From: Pseudomonadales bacterium
GTDB lineage: Bacteria; Pseudomonadota; Gammaproteobacteria; Pseudomonadales; JBFGWM01
Direction of reading: 5' to 3'
DNA: 39,069 nt
Assembly (NCBI GenBank): GCA_041588495.1
Contig: JBFGWM010000002.1
Coordinates: 1-39,069 of the forward strand
The notes beneath the pieces were generated by a model. It ran no database searches. It was not told the origin of the DNA and saw only the letters and a program-made list of their open reading frames with translations. How positions within the stretch are numbered: position 1 is the stretch's first letter; each line of letters starts with the position of its first letter. Shown here in pieces: positions 18,118 to 26,819 of this stretch. The position numbers and the translations under genes were made by a program.

Positions 18118-18142
18118 TTGAACACAAATTGGACAGGTGTCG

Positions 18143-18718
18143 ATGGCCAAGGGAAAGGAAGAGGGCGACGAGAAGCCTGAACTCTCGGATGCCGAGCGGC
18201 TGCAGCGCATGGAGACGTCGGTACGCTTCAACAAGCTGCTGTTGATCGTCCTGGGCGCACTTTGCATCATCCTGCTCAGCGCGGTGATCACCGGCACCAT
18301 CGTGATCCAGCAGAGCCTCGACAAGGCCCCCGCTCCGGCGGAGGAAGAAAAGCTCACCGATGCCGCGGGTGAAGCCGCCCCCAGCCTGCGCAAGCGCCTC
18401 GCGGCCATCGAGGCGACCCAGGGCACCAACGCCGCCCGCATGGACGAGATCCAGAAGGCCACAGCCAGCCTGCAAATCATCGAGCGCACCGGACAGGTTG
18501 AGAAGATGCTGGAAATCCTTCGCCAGCAGGAACGTGACTACCGGGACCTGATGATCAACCTGAAAGCCGGGATGCACGACCTGTCGCGCATGGTCCCGGG
18601 TTCACGCACCTGGCTGGAGGAATACAACGAACGCATCGATCGCGGACTCGCCAACAGCCGCGAACGCGAAAAGCGATTGCGCGAGGTGCCCGAGATCAGG
18701 GAGCCGGCCGGCGCCTAG
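18143..18718 (+). CDS. Hypothetical single-pass membrane protein with coiled-coil-like C-terminal region
   Basis: The ORF has coding-like composition, one TM helix (LLLIVLGALCIILLSAVITGTIVI) and a charged helical tail. ATG 18143 has AGG 5 nt upstream and is preferred over GTG 18137. I recognise no family. Confidence 0.6.
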   Translation: MAKGKEEGDEKPELSDAERLQRMETSVRFNKLLLIVLGALCIILLSAVITGTIVIQQSLDKAPAPAEEEKLTDAAGEAAPSLRKRLAAIEATQGTNAARMDEIQKATASLQIIERTGQVEKMLEILRQQERDYRDLMINLKAGMHDLSRMVPGSRTWLEEYNERIDRGLANSREREKRLREVPEIREPAGA

Positions 18719-19485
18719 CCCGGATTGGGTGGCGCGGCATCCAGCTTTTCAAGATCCGCCAGTTCCAGCAACTGCTGCTCAACCTCCTGCATCAGCGCAT
18801 CGCGGGTTTCCAGGCTGTAAGTGGAAGCATCGATGGGGCGGCCGATGTGCAGGTCGACCTCGCATCCGACGAACACCGAGGTGGTATCCGGAGGCAGCAC
18901 GTTCCGGGCGCCGCGAATGCCCAGGGGGACGATCGTGGCCCCGGTGTCCAGCGCCAGCATGAAACCGCCCTTCTTGAATGGCTGCAGTTTGCCGCTGCGG
19001 GAGCGGGTGCCCTCGGGCGCGATCCAGATGATCACGCCGCTCTCCATCTTCTCGCGGGCCCGCTCCAGGTCCTTCAGAGCCTGCTCGCGGTTGGCGCGGT
19101 CAATGGCGATGAACTCCGCGAGCTGCAGGCCCCGCCCCCATACCGGGACCCGGAACAGTTCCTTCTTGGCCACCATGCGGATCGACCCGTCGAGCGCGGC
19201 GAAGGTCAGGGGGATGTCATAGTGGGACGCGTGATTGCACATGAGAATGTACGCGCGGCCCGGCTCGAAAGTGAATTCATGGGGGTTGTGCACCACGAAC
19301 TGCAGGTCAATGTACTGCAGCAGCTTGCGCGCCCACCAGCGCAGCGTGTGGTCGGCAAACTCGCGGGTGAGGGTGCCGCGGGCGGCCTTCCAGATCGCGA
19401 TCACCGAGATATAGAGGGTCACGCCGACACTGCACAGCAGTATCCATGCCCAACGTAACGGATTGACCCTGCGTCCCGGCTTCAT
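18715..19485 (-). CDS. plsC: 1-acyl-sn-glycerol-3-phosphate (lysophospholipid) acyltransferase
   Basis: The acyltransferase motifs are NHASHYD (HX4D), FIAIDR, APEGTRS and IVPLGIRG. There is an N-terminal TM helix. Confidence 0.85.
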   Translation of the reverse strand: MKPGRRVNPLRWAWILLCSVGVTLYISVIAIWKAARGTLTREFADHTLRWWARKLLQYIDLQFVVHNPHEFTFEPGRAYILMCNHASHYDIPLTFAALDGSIRMVAKKELFRVPVWGRGLQLAEFIAIDRANREQALKDLERAREKMESGVIIWIAPEGTRSRSGKLQPFKKGGFMLALDTGATIVPLGIRGARNVLPPDTTSVFVGCEVDLHIGRPIDASTYSLETRDALMQEVEQQLLELADLEKLDAAPPNPG

Positions 19486-19587
19486 GTCGGACCAAATTTC
19501 GCGATCTACCCGGGAAAATATAGCCGATGGCAGGTCCGGGTTCCCGCAGGGGAACTTCGGCCCAACCCTCTGCAGACAGGCGCAGAC

Positions 19588-21459
19588 TTATCTCTTCTTG
19601 GATTTCACCTGTACCGAGGGAGTGACCCGCAGGACCTCCTCGATCGTGGTCTCACCCGCGGCAACCCGGTATGCGCCACTCAGGCGGAGGGTGTGCATGC
19701 CTTCCTTGTAGGCGACGCGCCGCAACTCGGCGATGTCCGGATCATCGTGAATCATTTCGCCGATGGTCTCCGACATGGGCAGGATCTCGAACAGGCCGGC
19801 ACGCCCCAGGTAGCCGGTGTCACGACACTCCAGGCAGCCGACCGGCACCATGACCTTCTTGGGCACCGCCGCACTCCAGGGCCGCACCAGCATCTCCCAG
19901 TCCTCGCTGCGCACCTCGCCCTCGGTCTTGCAGTGGGGGCACAGCGTGCGCACCAGGCGTTGCGCCATGATCCCCGCGACCGCGGACTTGACGAGGTAGG
20001 GCGCGACCCCGATCTCGAGCAGGCGGGTGATCGCACTGGGTGCATCGTTGGTGTGCAGGGTGGAAAAAACCACGTGCCCGGTGAGCGCGGCCTGCACCGC
20101 CATCTCGGCAGTTTCGAGGTCGCGGATTTCGCCGACCATGATGATGTCCGGATCCTGGCGGAGCAGGGCGCGAACGCCGGCCGCGAAGGTGAGGTCGATG
20201 TTGTGCTGTACCTGCATCTGGTTGAACGCCGGCTCCACCATCTCGATGGGGTCCTCGATGGTGCACAGGTTGACCTCGGGCGTGGCCAGGCTTTTCAGGG
20301 TCGAGTACAGGGTGGTGGTCTTCCCGGATCCCGTGGGCCCGGTCACCAGGATGATCCCGTTCGGCTGGTTCACGATCTGCAGCCAGCGCTGGTAGTCCTC
20401 GCTGCCGAAGCCGAGTTCCGCGCTGGTCTTCAGCAGCACCTCGGGATCGAAGATCCGCATCACCATTTTTTCGCCGAACGCCGTTGGCAGGGTGGACAGG
20501 CGCAGTTCCACCTCGTTCCCCTCCGGGCTGCGCGTTTTCAGGCGCCCGTCCTGCGGCCGCCGCTTTTCCGCAAGATCCATGCGCCCGAGGATTTTCAGGC
20601 GGGCGGTGACTGCCGTCATGACCTGGGCCGGGAAATCGTAAACCTGGTGCAGCACGCCATCGATGCGGAACCGTACCCGCCCGGAATCGCGGCGTGGCTC
20701 GAGGTGAATGTCGCTGGCGCGCTGCTGGAAGGCATACTGCAACAGCCAGTCGACGATGTTGACGATATGCTGATCATTCGCATCCGGCGCCTTGAGATCG
20801 CCGAGTTGCAGCAACTGTTCGAAGTTACCGGTGCCCTTGCCCTTGTCCCGCGCATCATCCGCGGTGGCGCCGCTCACGGACTCCGACAGGCGGTAAAACT
20901 CGATGGTGAAGCGGTGGATATCCGCGGGATTGGCGACCATGCGCGTGATCTGCTTGCGCACCACCTGCCCGAGACCTTCCTCCCAGTTGTCCAGGAATGG
21001 CTGGGCGCTGACGATGAACACCTCGTCTTTGCGCACCTCCACGGCAAGGATCTTGTGTCGCTGGGCGAACGCGTAGGACATCACCGCGGTCACCGCGGCG
21101 ACGTTAATCTTGAGGGGGTCAATATGGTAAACCGGCTGCCCGGCCCATTCGCCCAGCCACTCTGTCAATGCATCGATGTCGAGAATCCGGCCCGGACGCG
21201 CCAGGTCCTCGATCTCGTGGAGGGCCACGACCTGCAGGGGGTGAAGGTGGGCGCGATCAGTGCCACGCGGCGCCATGATGATCTCCTCGGCCGTCCGCTG
21301 CTCAATGCGGCGGGACGAGACGAGGCCCTCCAGCACGCCCCGCAGGTCGAGGACAGTGCCGTCAGGAACCGGTTGTGGCTGAACACTGGCCATTGGCAAG
21401 CACCCGTTGACTGGGGCAGTCGCGAGTTGCGCCGGGCGGAGTTCGCGACCACCATTCAT
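19588..21459 (-). CDS. GspE/PilB/MshE-family secretion ATPase (T2SSE_N domain + AAA core), orphan
   Basis: Walker A is GPTGSGKTTTLYS. Asp-box/Walker B is DPDIIMVGEIRD. The His box is GHVVFSTLHTND. A tetracysteine CPHC..CLEC is present. The N-terminal ~200 aa resemble the T2SS-E N-terminal domain. The start is uncertain (ATG 21459 or ATG 21393), and neither has a clear SD. Confidence 0.85.
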   Translation of the reverse strand: MNGGRELRPAQLATAPVNGCLPMASVQPQPVPDGTVLDLRGVLEGLVSSRRIEQRTAEEIIMAPRGTDRAHLHPLQVVALHEIEDLARPGRILDIDALTEWLGEWAGQPVYHIDPLKINVAAVTAVMSYAFAQRHKILAVEVRKDEVFIVSAQPFLDNWEEGLGQVVRKQITRMVANPADIHRFTIEFYRLSESVSGATADDARDKGKGTGNFEQLLQLGDLKAPDANDQHIVNIVDWLLQYAFQQRASDIHLEPRRDSGRVRFRIDGVLHQVYDFPAQVMTAVTARLKILGRMDLAEKRRPQDGRLKTRSPEGNEVELRLSTLPTAFGEKMVMRIFDPEVLLKTSAELGFGSEDYQRWLQIVNQPNGIILVTGPTGSGKTTTLYSTLKSLATPEVNLCTIEDPIEMVEPAFNQMQVQHNIDLTFAAGVRALLRQDPDIIMVGEIRDLETAEMAVQAALTGHVVFSTLHTNDAPSAITRLLEIGVAPYLVKSAVAGIMAQRLVRTLCPHCKTEGEVRSEDWEMLVRPWSAAVPKKVMVPVGCLECRDTGYLGRAGLFEILPMSETIGEMIHDDPDIAELRRVAYKEGMHTLRLSGAYRVAAGETTIEEVLRVTPSVQVKSKKR

Positions 21460-21483
21460 TTGTAATGTAGTGTACCGGATTCC

Positions 21484-21516
21484 CTGTCGCCTTCTGTGCC
21501 GACAAGGCTCTATACT
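21484..21516 (+). promoter_or_regulatory. Pho-box-like direct repeat (CTGTCGC-ctt-CTGTGCC) followed 9 nt later by -10 TATACT, upstream of DUF47-pit
   Basis: Two CTGTx repeats start at 21484 and 21494 and occupy the -35 position relative to TATACT (21511-21516). The repeat phase is 10 nt, not the canonical 11, and the spacer is not A/T-rich. Confidence 0.3.
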
Positions 21517-21546
21517 TCAGCACAAGTGGTCGTCGAGGGGCCCGAC

Positions 21547-22227
21547 ATGCCGATCAACAATCCGTTTGCCAACCTCTTCGGACGCTCCCCGTTCGGACCC
21601 ATGCAGGCACACATGGCCAAGGTGAATGACTGCGTGGCGGAGCTTGTCCCGTTCATGGAGGCAGTCATCGCGAACGACTGGGATCGTGCCGAGATGCTGC
21701 AGAAGCGCATCTCCGATCTCGAAAACGAGGCGGATGCCATCAAGCATGATGTGCGCTCCCACCTGCCCAAGCAACTGTTCCTGCCGGTTCCACGTTACGA
21801 TCTGCTGGAACTCCTGCACATGCAGGATTCGGTCGCCAACACGGCTCGCGATATCGCCGGCATCATGCTGGGCAGGAAAATGCGCATTCCGGAGAGCATG
21901 GCGACCGACATCACCGGTTACCTGAAAACCTCGGTCACCTCGGTCGAACAGGCCCACAAGGCGATGAACGAACTCGATGAATTGCTGGAAACCGGGTTCC
22001 TGGGCCGCGAGGTTTCCATCGTCGAGAAAATGCTCGCCCGCATCGATGAACTCGAGCACGAGGCCGACGCACTGGAGGTCGAGGTGCGCGCCAAACTGCT
22101 TGGCCTTGAGAAGGACCTTCCCCCCGTGGACGTGATTTTCCTGTACAAGGTGATCGATCATATCGGCGACCTCGCGGACCGTGCCCAGAAGTCCGGAAGT
22201 CGTCTGGAACTGCTGCTGGCCCGCTGA
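21547..22227 (+). CDS. DUF47 / TIGR00153 family protein (PhoU-like Pit accessory protein)
   Basis: MPINNPFANLFGRSPFGPMQAHM.., ELDELLETGFLGREV and SRLELLLAR are typical of the family that precedes pit genes. ATG 21547 has GAGGGG 8 nt upstream. The track's GTG 21496 start lies inside the predicted promoter. Confidence 0.85.
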   Translation: MPINNPFANLFGRSPFGPMQAHMAKVNDCVAELVPFMEAVIANDWDRAEMLQKRISDLENEADAIKHDVRSHLPKQLFLPVPRYDLLELLHMQDSVANTARDIAGIMLGRKMRIPESMATDITGYLKTSVTSVEQAHKAMNELDELLETGFLGREVSIVEKMLARIDELEHEADALEVEVRAKLLGLEKDLPPVDVIFLYKVIDHIGDLADRAQKSGSRLELLLAR

Positions 22228-22258
22228 GAGGCGGACAACAACACCGGGAACCCGCGTA

Positions 22259-23524
22259 ATGGAAATTATCGCCCAGCACGGAACTCTGTTTATCATCCTG
22301 GCCTGCCTGTTCGGGTTTTTCATGGCCTGGGGCGTGGGGGCGAACGACGTCGCCAACGCGATGGGCACATCAGTCGGCTCGCGCGCGCTCACCCTGCGCC
22401 AGGCCATCCTGATCGCCATGGTTTTCGAGTTTGCAGGGGCTTACCTGGCTGGGGGTGAGGTCACCTCGACCGTCCGCAAGGGCATCATCGACCCCGTGTT
22501 CATGGAGGACTCGCCCGACCTGCTGGTGTACGGGATGTTGTCTGCCCTGCTGGCGGCCGGCACCTGGTTGCTGGTGGCCACCTCGTTCGGCTGGCCGGTC
22601 TCAACCACCCATTCCATCGTCGGCGCCATCGTCGGATTTGCGGCGGTGGGCATCTCCGCGGATGCGGTGAAATGGGCCAAGGTGTACTCCATCGTGGCCA
22701 GCTGGGTGGTATCGCCGGTGATGTCCGGGGTCATCGCCTTCCTGATCTTCAAGAGCGTGCACCGCCTGGTGCTCGACACGGCGGACCCGTTCCGCAACGC
22801 GAAACGCTGGGTTCCGGTGTACATGTTCGCGGTCGGCTTCATCATTGCTCTGGTCACGCTGAAGAAGGGGCTCAAGCACGTGGGGCTCGATTTCTCCCCG
22901 GTGGAGGGATACGCGATTGCCATCGGTGTCGGCCTGCTGATCATGGCGATCGGGGTGATCCTGCTGCGACAGATCAAGGAAGACCCGATTGCGGACCAGT
23001 CGTTCCGCTTCTCCAGCGTGGAGAAGATTTTCGGCGTCCTGATGATCTTCACCGCCTGCGCCATGGCATTCGCCCACGGCTCCAACGACGTCGCCAATGC
23101 AGTCGGCCCCGTTGCAGCCGTGATCGGGGTGGTCAAGTCGGGCGGCCTCGTCGGGCAGAAATCGGCGATGCCCCCGGAAGTCCTGCTCCTCGGCGGGATC
23201 GGCATCGTGGTCGGGCTGACCACCTATGGCTACAAGGTGATGGCCACCATCGGCCGCAAGATCACTGAACTGACCCCCAGCCGCGGCTTTGCGGCAGAAC
23301 TGGCTGCGGCGACCACCGTGGTACTCGCGTCGGGCTCGGGGTTACCGATTTCCACCACCCACACCCTGGTCGGGGCAGTGCTCGGCGTGGGCATCGCACG
23401 CGGCATCGCAGCCCTTGATCTCGGCGTGGTGCGCACCATTTTCCTGTCCTGGATCATCACCCTTCCAGCGGGCGCATTGTTGTCCGTCATTTTCTTCTAC
23501 ACCCTGCGCGCAATTTTCGGCTGA
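22259..23524 (+). CDS. pit: Inorganic phosphate transporter, PiT family
   Basis: MEIIAQHG..GVGANDVANAMGTSVGS is repeated as AHGSNDVANAVGP, which is the duplicated PiT signature GANDVAN. The protein is polytopic. The start is set at ATG 22259. Confidence 0.9.
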   Translation: MEIIAQHGTLFIILACLFGFFMAWGVGANDVANAMGTSVGSRALTLRQAILIAMVFEFAGAYLAGGEVTSTVRKGIIDPVFMEDSPDLLVYGMLSALLAAGTWLLVATSFGWPVSTTHSIVGAIVGFAAVGISADAVKWAKVYSIVASWVVSPVMSGVIAFLIFKSVHRLVLDTADPFRNAKRWVPVYMFAVGFIIALVTLKKGLKHVGLDFSPVEGYAIAIGVGLLIMAIGVILLRQIKEDPIADQSFRFSSVEKIFGVLMIFTACAMAFAHGSNDVANAVGPVAAVIGVVKSGGLVGQKSAMPPEVLLLGGIGIVVGLTTYGYKVMATIGRKITELTPSRGFAAELAAATTVVLASGSGLPISTTHTLVGAVLGVGIARGIAALDLGVVRTIFLSWIITLPAGALLSVIFFYTLRAIFG

Positions 23525-23604
23525 ACGGCCGCCCGCTTTTCGCGCCCGCCCGTCTGCGCTATAGCTAATAGTCAGGCGGCACCGCCTGCCACCGGAATCC
23601 GGCC

Positions 23605-26600
23605 ATGTCCGATGACCGCTTCACGGCCCGGATCAGGCATTTCCTGGACCCGGGTCCGTTGCCCGCGAGCCTGCGTGAGTCGTGGTTTACCGACGAGCGC
23701 AAGGCCATGCAACGGCTGCTCGCCGATGCCATGCCCCTGCGTTCCACGGAACAGCGCCTGCAGGGGCTCGCCCTCGAACTCGCGGACCACGTGCGCACCG
23801 AGGGGCGCGAGCACCCCGGGCTTGAAAGCCTGCTCCAGGAGTACGCGCTGGACAGCGAGGAAGGCGTGGTCCTTATGTGTCTCGCCGAGGCGCTGCTGCG
23901 GATACCGGACGAGGAAACCGCGCTCACCTTCCTGCGTGACCAGCTGGCGCACACCGCGTGGGACCACCATGTGGCCCACAGCCCGGCCCTGTGGGTCAAC
24001 GCGTCCACCTGGGGGCTGCTGCTGACGGGTCGTTTCCTGGCAGGCAGCCCGAGCGGTCATGCCGATGTCATTGAAAAACTCGCCCACCGTCTTGGCGAAC
24101 CGGTGCTCCTGGCCGCCGTGCACCGCGGAGTCGAGATCGTGGGCAGGCGCTTCGTCGCCGGCAGCGACATCACGGAGGCGATCGAGAACAATCGCGCGGA
24201 GACCGCGCGTGGTTACTGCCATTCCTACGACATGCTGGGTGAGGCGGCGCTGACCAAGGCCGCGGCCCGGGAATATTTCGATGCCTATGCGGGCGCCATC
24301 GAGGCCCTGTCTGGGAGCGCTCCTGCCGGAGCCGTGGCGCCCGGAATCTCGGTAAAGCTCTCGGCACTCCACCCGCGCTACGAGTTCGCCTGCCGGGAGA
24401 CCACGGTTCCCGAACTGTCCGGGCGCCTGTTGGAACTCGCGCGACTGGCCCGGGAGCTCGACGTCACGCTGACCGTCGATGCCGAGGAGGCCCGCCGCCT
24501 GGAACTGGGCCTGGAGATTTTCGCGGCGGTCTACCGGGATGGTGGCTGGGGTGACTGGGAAGGCCTCGGCCTCGCCGTGCAGGCCTACCAGAAGCGCGCG
24601 CCCGGGGTGATCGACTGGCTGGCCGGGCTCGCGAATCAGGCCGGCCGGCAGGTCGGCGTACGCCTGGTCAAGGGCGCCTACTGGGACAGCGAGATCAAGT
24701 ACGCCCAGCAACACGTACATGCCGGCTACCCGGTCTATACCCGCAAGGCCTGCACCGACGTTTCGTGGCTGGCATGCGCCCGCCGCCTGCTGGACACCGG
24801 CAATGCGTTCTATCCGCAGTTCGCGACCCACAACGCCCACAGCGTGGCGGCAATCATCACCCTCGCCGAATCCGGTGCCACCCCGGCCTTCGAGTTCCAG
24901 CGACTGCACGGCATGGGCAGCGCCCTCTACGACCGCGTGATCGAGGAGTACCCCCATGTGCCGTGCCGGGTTTACGCCCCGGTCGGCGAGTATCGCGACC
25001 TGCTGCCCTACCTGGTCCGCCGGCTGCTGGAAAACGGTGCCAACACCTCCTTCGTGCGCCATGCCGGCGACATCGACCTGTCCCTGGAGGAACTGGTGGC
25101 GGAGCCCGCTGTGGAGCTCGCGAACCTCGAGTCGATTCCGAACCCGGCGATTCCCCCGCCGCGCAGGCTCCACGCCGATACCCGGCCGGATGCACCCGGC
25201 GTCAATCTCGACGGGCACGACGAGCTGGCCGATGCATTGGAACACGTCGCACGCTTCTCCGGTCGTTACTGGGAAGCCAGGCCGCTGGTCGGTGGCGAGG
25301 ACACCGGGACTGGTGATGGCGAGGAGCGGACCAGCCCCGCCGACCTGGGGCACCGCATCGGCATTTGCAACCCCGCGGACGCCGGCGACTGCGGCAAGGC
25401 CTTGGAAATCGCCAGCGCCGGCTTCCCCGCCTGGAACCGGGTTCCGGCAGAAACCCGCGCCGGAATCCTGGAACGCGCCGCCGGGCTGTACTGGGAACAC
25501 CGTCACGAACTTGCCGCCCTGCTGGTGTTCGAGGCCGGCCGTACCCTGCGCAACGCCTTCGGCGAGATTCGCGAGGCCATGGATTTCTGCTACCACTACG
25601 CGGCCCTGTGCCGGCGGGAATTCAGCCGGCCCAGGAGGCTGCGCGGGCCGGCGGGCGAATCCAACCAGCTCGGGCTCGGCGGGCGCGGCGTGTTCGCCTG
25701 TATCAGTCCGTGGAATTTTCCGCTGGCGATCTTCACCGGACAGGTCAGTGCCGCCCTGGCTGCCGGCAACAGCGTGCTGGCCAAGCCGGCCGCGGCAACG
25801 CCCCTGACCGGCATGCGCGCGGTACAACTGCTCCACGAGGCCGGTGTACCGGCCGATGTCCTGCAGTTTCTGCCTGCACCGTCCCCCCTGTTTGCCCGCC
25901 ATGTCATTGGCGACCCGCGTCTCGCCGGCGTCGCGGTGACCGGTTCAACCGCCACCGCCTGGTCGATCAACCGCGCACTGGCGGGCCGCGACGCGCCGAT
26001 CGTGCCGCTGATCGCTGAGACCGGTGGCCAGAACGCCATGATCGTCGACAGTTCGGCGCTGCCGGAGCAGGTGGTCAGTGACGTGATGGCCTCCGCGTTC
26101 GACAGCGCCGGACAACGCTGCTCGGCCCTGCGCGTGCTGTTCCTGCAGGAGGAAATCGCCGAACCCGTGTGCACGATGCTTGCGGGCGCCATGCAGGAAC
26201 TGGTGGTGGACCATCCGCTGATCCCGGGGACCGACGTCGGCCCGATGATCAGCCGCGAGGCCCGCGAGGCCGTTGCGCAGCACGCCGCATGCCTGTCGGA
26301 GGCTGGCCGTCAGATCGCTGCGGCGCCGGTCCCCGATGCGGCATGCCCTCCGGGTCATTACCTGGTACCAAGTTGTCACGAGATCCCCGGGATGGACCTG
26401 CTGAGCGGGGAGGTTTTCGGCCCGGTGCTGCATGTCGTCCGCTACCGGGCGGACCATCTCGACCGCGTGATCGCGTCGATCAATGCCACCGGCTACGGCC
26501 TGACGCTCGGCATCCAGAGCCGGATTCGGTCACGCTGGGATGAGGTCCGGCAGCGCGTGCGTGCCGGCAACGTATACGTCAATCGCAACATGATCGGCGC

Positions 26601-26757
26601 CAACGTCGGTGTGCAGCCTTTTGGCGGCCAGGGACTTTCCGGCACCGGGCCCAAGGCCGGCGGCCCCGATTACCTGCGCCGCTTTGCCGTGGAATCGACC
26701 CTCACCGTGAACACTGCCGCCATCGGCGGCAACCCGGACCTGCTCGGTCGCGGCTGA
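23605..26757 (+). CDS. putA: Bifunctional proline dehydrogenase / L-glutamate gamma-semialdehyde dehydrogenase PutA (form without obvious N-terminal DNA-binding domain)
   Basis: 1050 aa. The PRODH barrel region is ..VRLVKGAYWDSEIK... The ALDH domain includes FTGSTATAW-like VTGSTATAW, and ETGGQNAMIVDSSAL carries the catalytic Cys region. Confidence 0.92.
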   Translation: MSDDRFTARIRHFLDPGPLPASLRESWFTDERKAMQRLLADAMPLRSTEQRLQGLALELADHVRTEGREHPGLESLLQEYALDSEEGVVLMCLAEALLRIPDEETALTFLRDQLAHTAWDHHVAHSPALWVNASTWGLLLTGRFLAGSPSGHADVIEKLAHRLGEPVLLAAVHRGVEIVGRRFVAGSDITEAIENNRAETARGYCHSYDMLGEAALTKAAAREYFDAYAGAIEALSGSAPAGAVAPGISVKLSALHPRYEFACRETTVPELSGRLLELARLARELDVTLTVDAEEARRLELGLEIFAAVYRDGGWGDWEGLGLAVQAYQKRAPGVIDWLAGLANQAGRQVGVRLVKGAYWDSEIKYAQQHVHAGYPVYTRKACTDVSWLACARRLLDTGNAFYPQFATHNAHSVAAIITLAESGATPAFEFQRLHGMGSALYDRVIEEYPHVPCRVYAPVGEYRDLLPYLVRRLLENGANTSFVRHAGDIDLSLEELVAEPAVELANLESIPNPAIPPPRRLHADTRPDAPGVNLDGHDELADALEHVARFSGRYWEARPLVGGEDTGTGDGEERTSPADLGHRIGICNPADAGDCGKALEIASAGFPAWNRVPAETRAGILERAAGLYWEHRHELAALLVFEAGRTLRNAFGEIREAMDFCYHYAALCRREFSRPRRLRGPAGESNQLGLGGRGVFACISPWNFPLAIFTGQVSAALAAGNSVLAKPAAATPLTGMRAVQLLHEAGVPADVLQFLPAPSPLFARHVIGDPRLAGVAVTGSTATAWSINRALAGRDAPIVPLIAETGGQNAMIVDSSALPEQVVSDVMASAFDSAGQRCSALRVLFLQEEIAEPVCTMLAGAMQELVVDHPLIPGTDVGPMISREAREAVAQHAACLSEAGRQIAAAPVPDAACPPGHYLVPSCHEIPGMDLLSGEVFGPVLHVVRYRADHLDRVIASINATGYGLTLGIQSRIRSRWDEVRQRVRAGNVYVNRNMIGANVGVQPFGGQGLSGTGPKAGGPDYLRRFAVESTLTVNTAAIGGNPDLLGRG

Positions 26758-26819
26758 GGAGCCGGTGTTCCCCGCCCCGTGTAGTACACTGGATCACTTC
26801 TCCCTGTGAGTATTGCGCC

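Noticed and set aside
21200-21393. A c-di-GMP-binding MshEN motif in the N-terminus of the orphan ATPase.
   Set aside because: The closest stretch (LRGVLEGLVSSRRIEQRTAEEI) does not satisfy the RLGxx[LVI][LVI]xxG[LVI][LVI]xxxxLxxxLxxQ spacing, so I make no claim.
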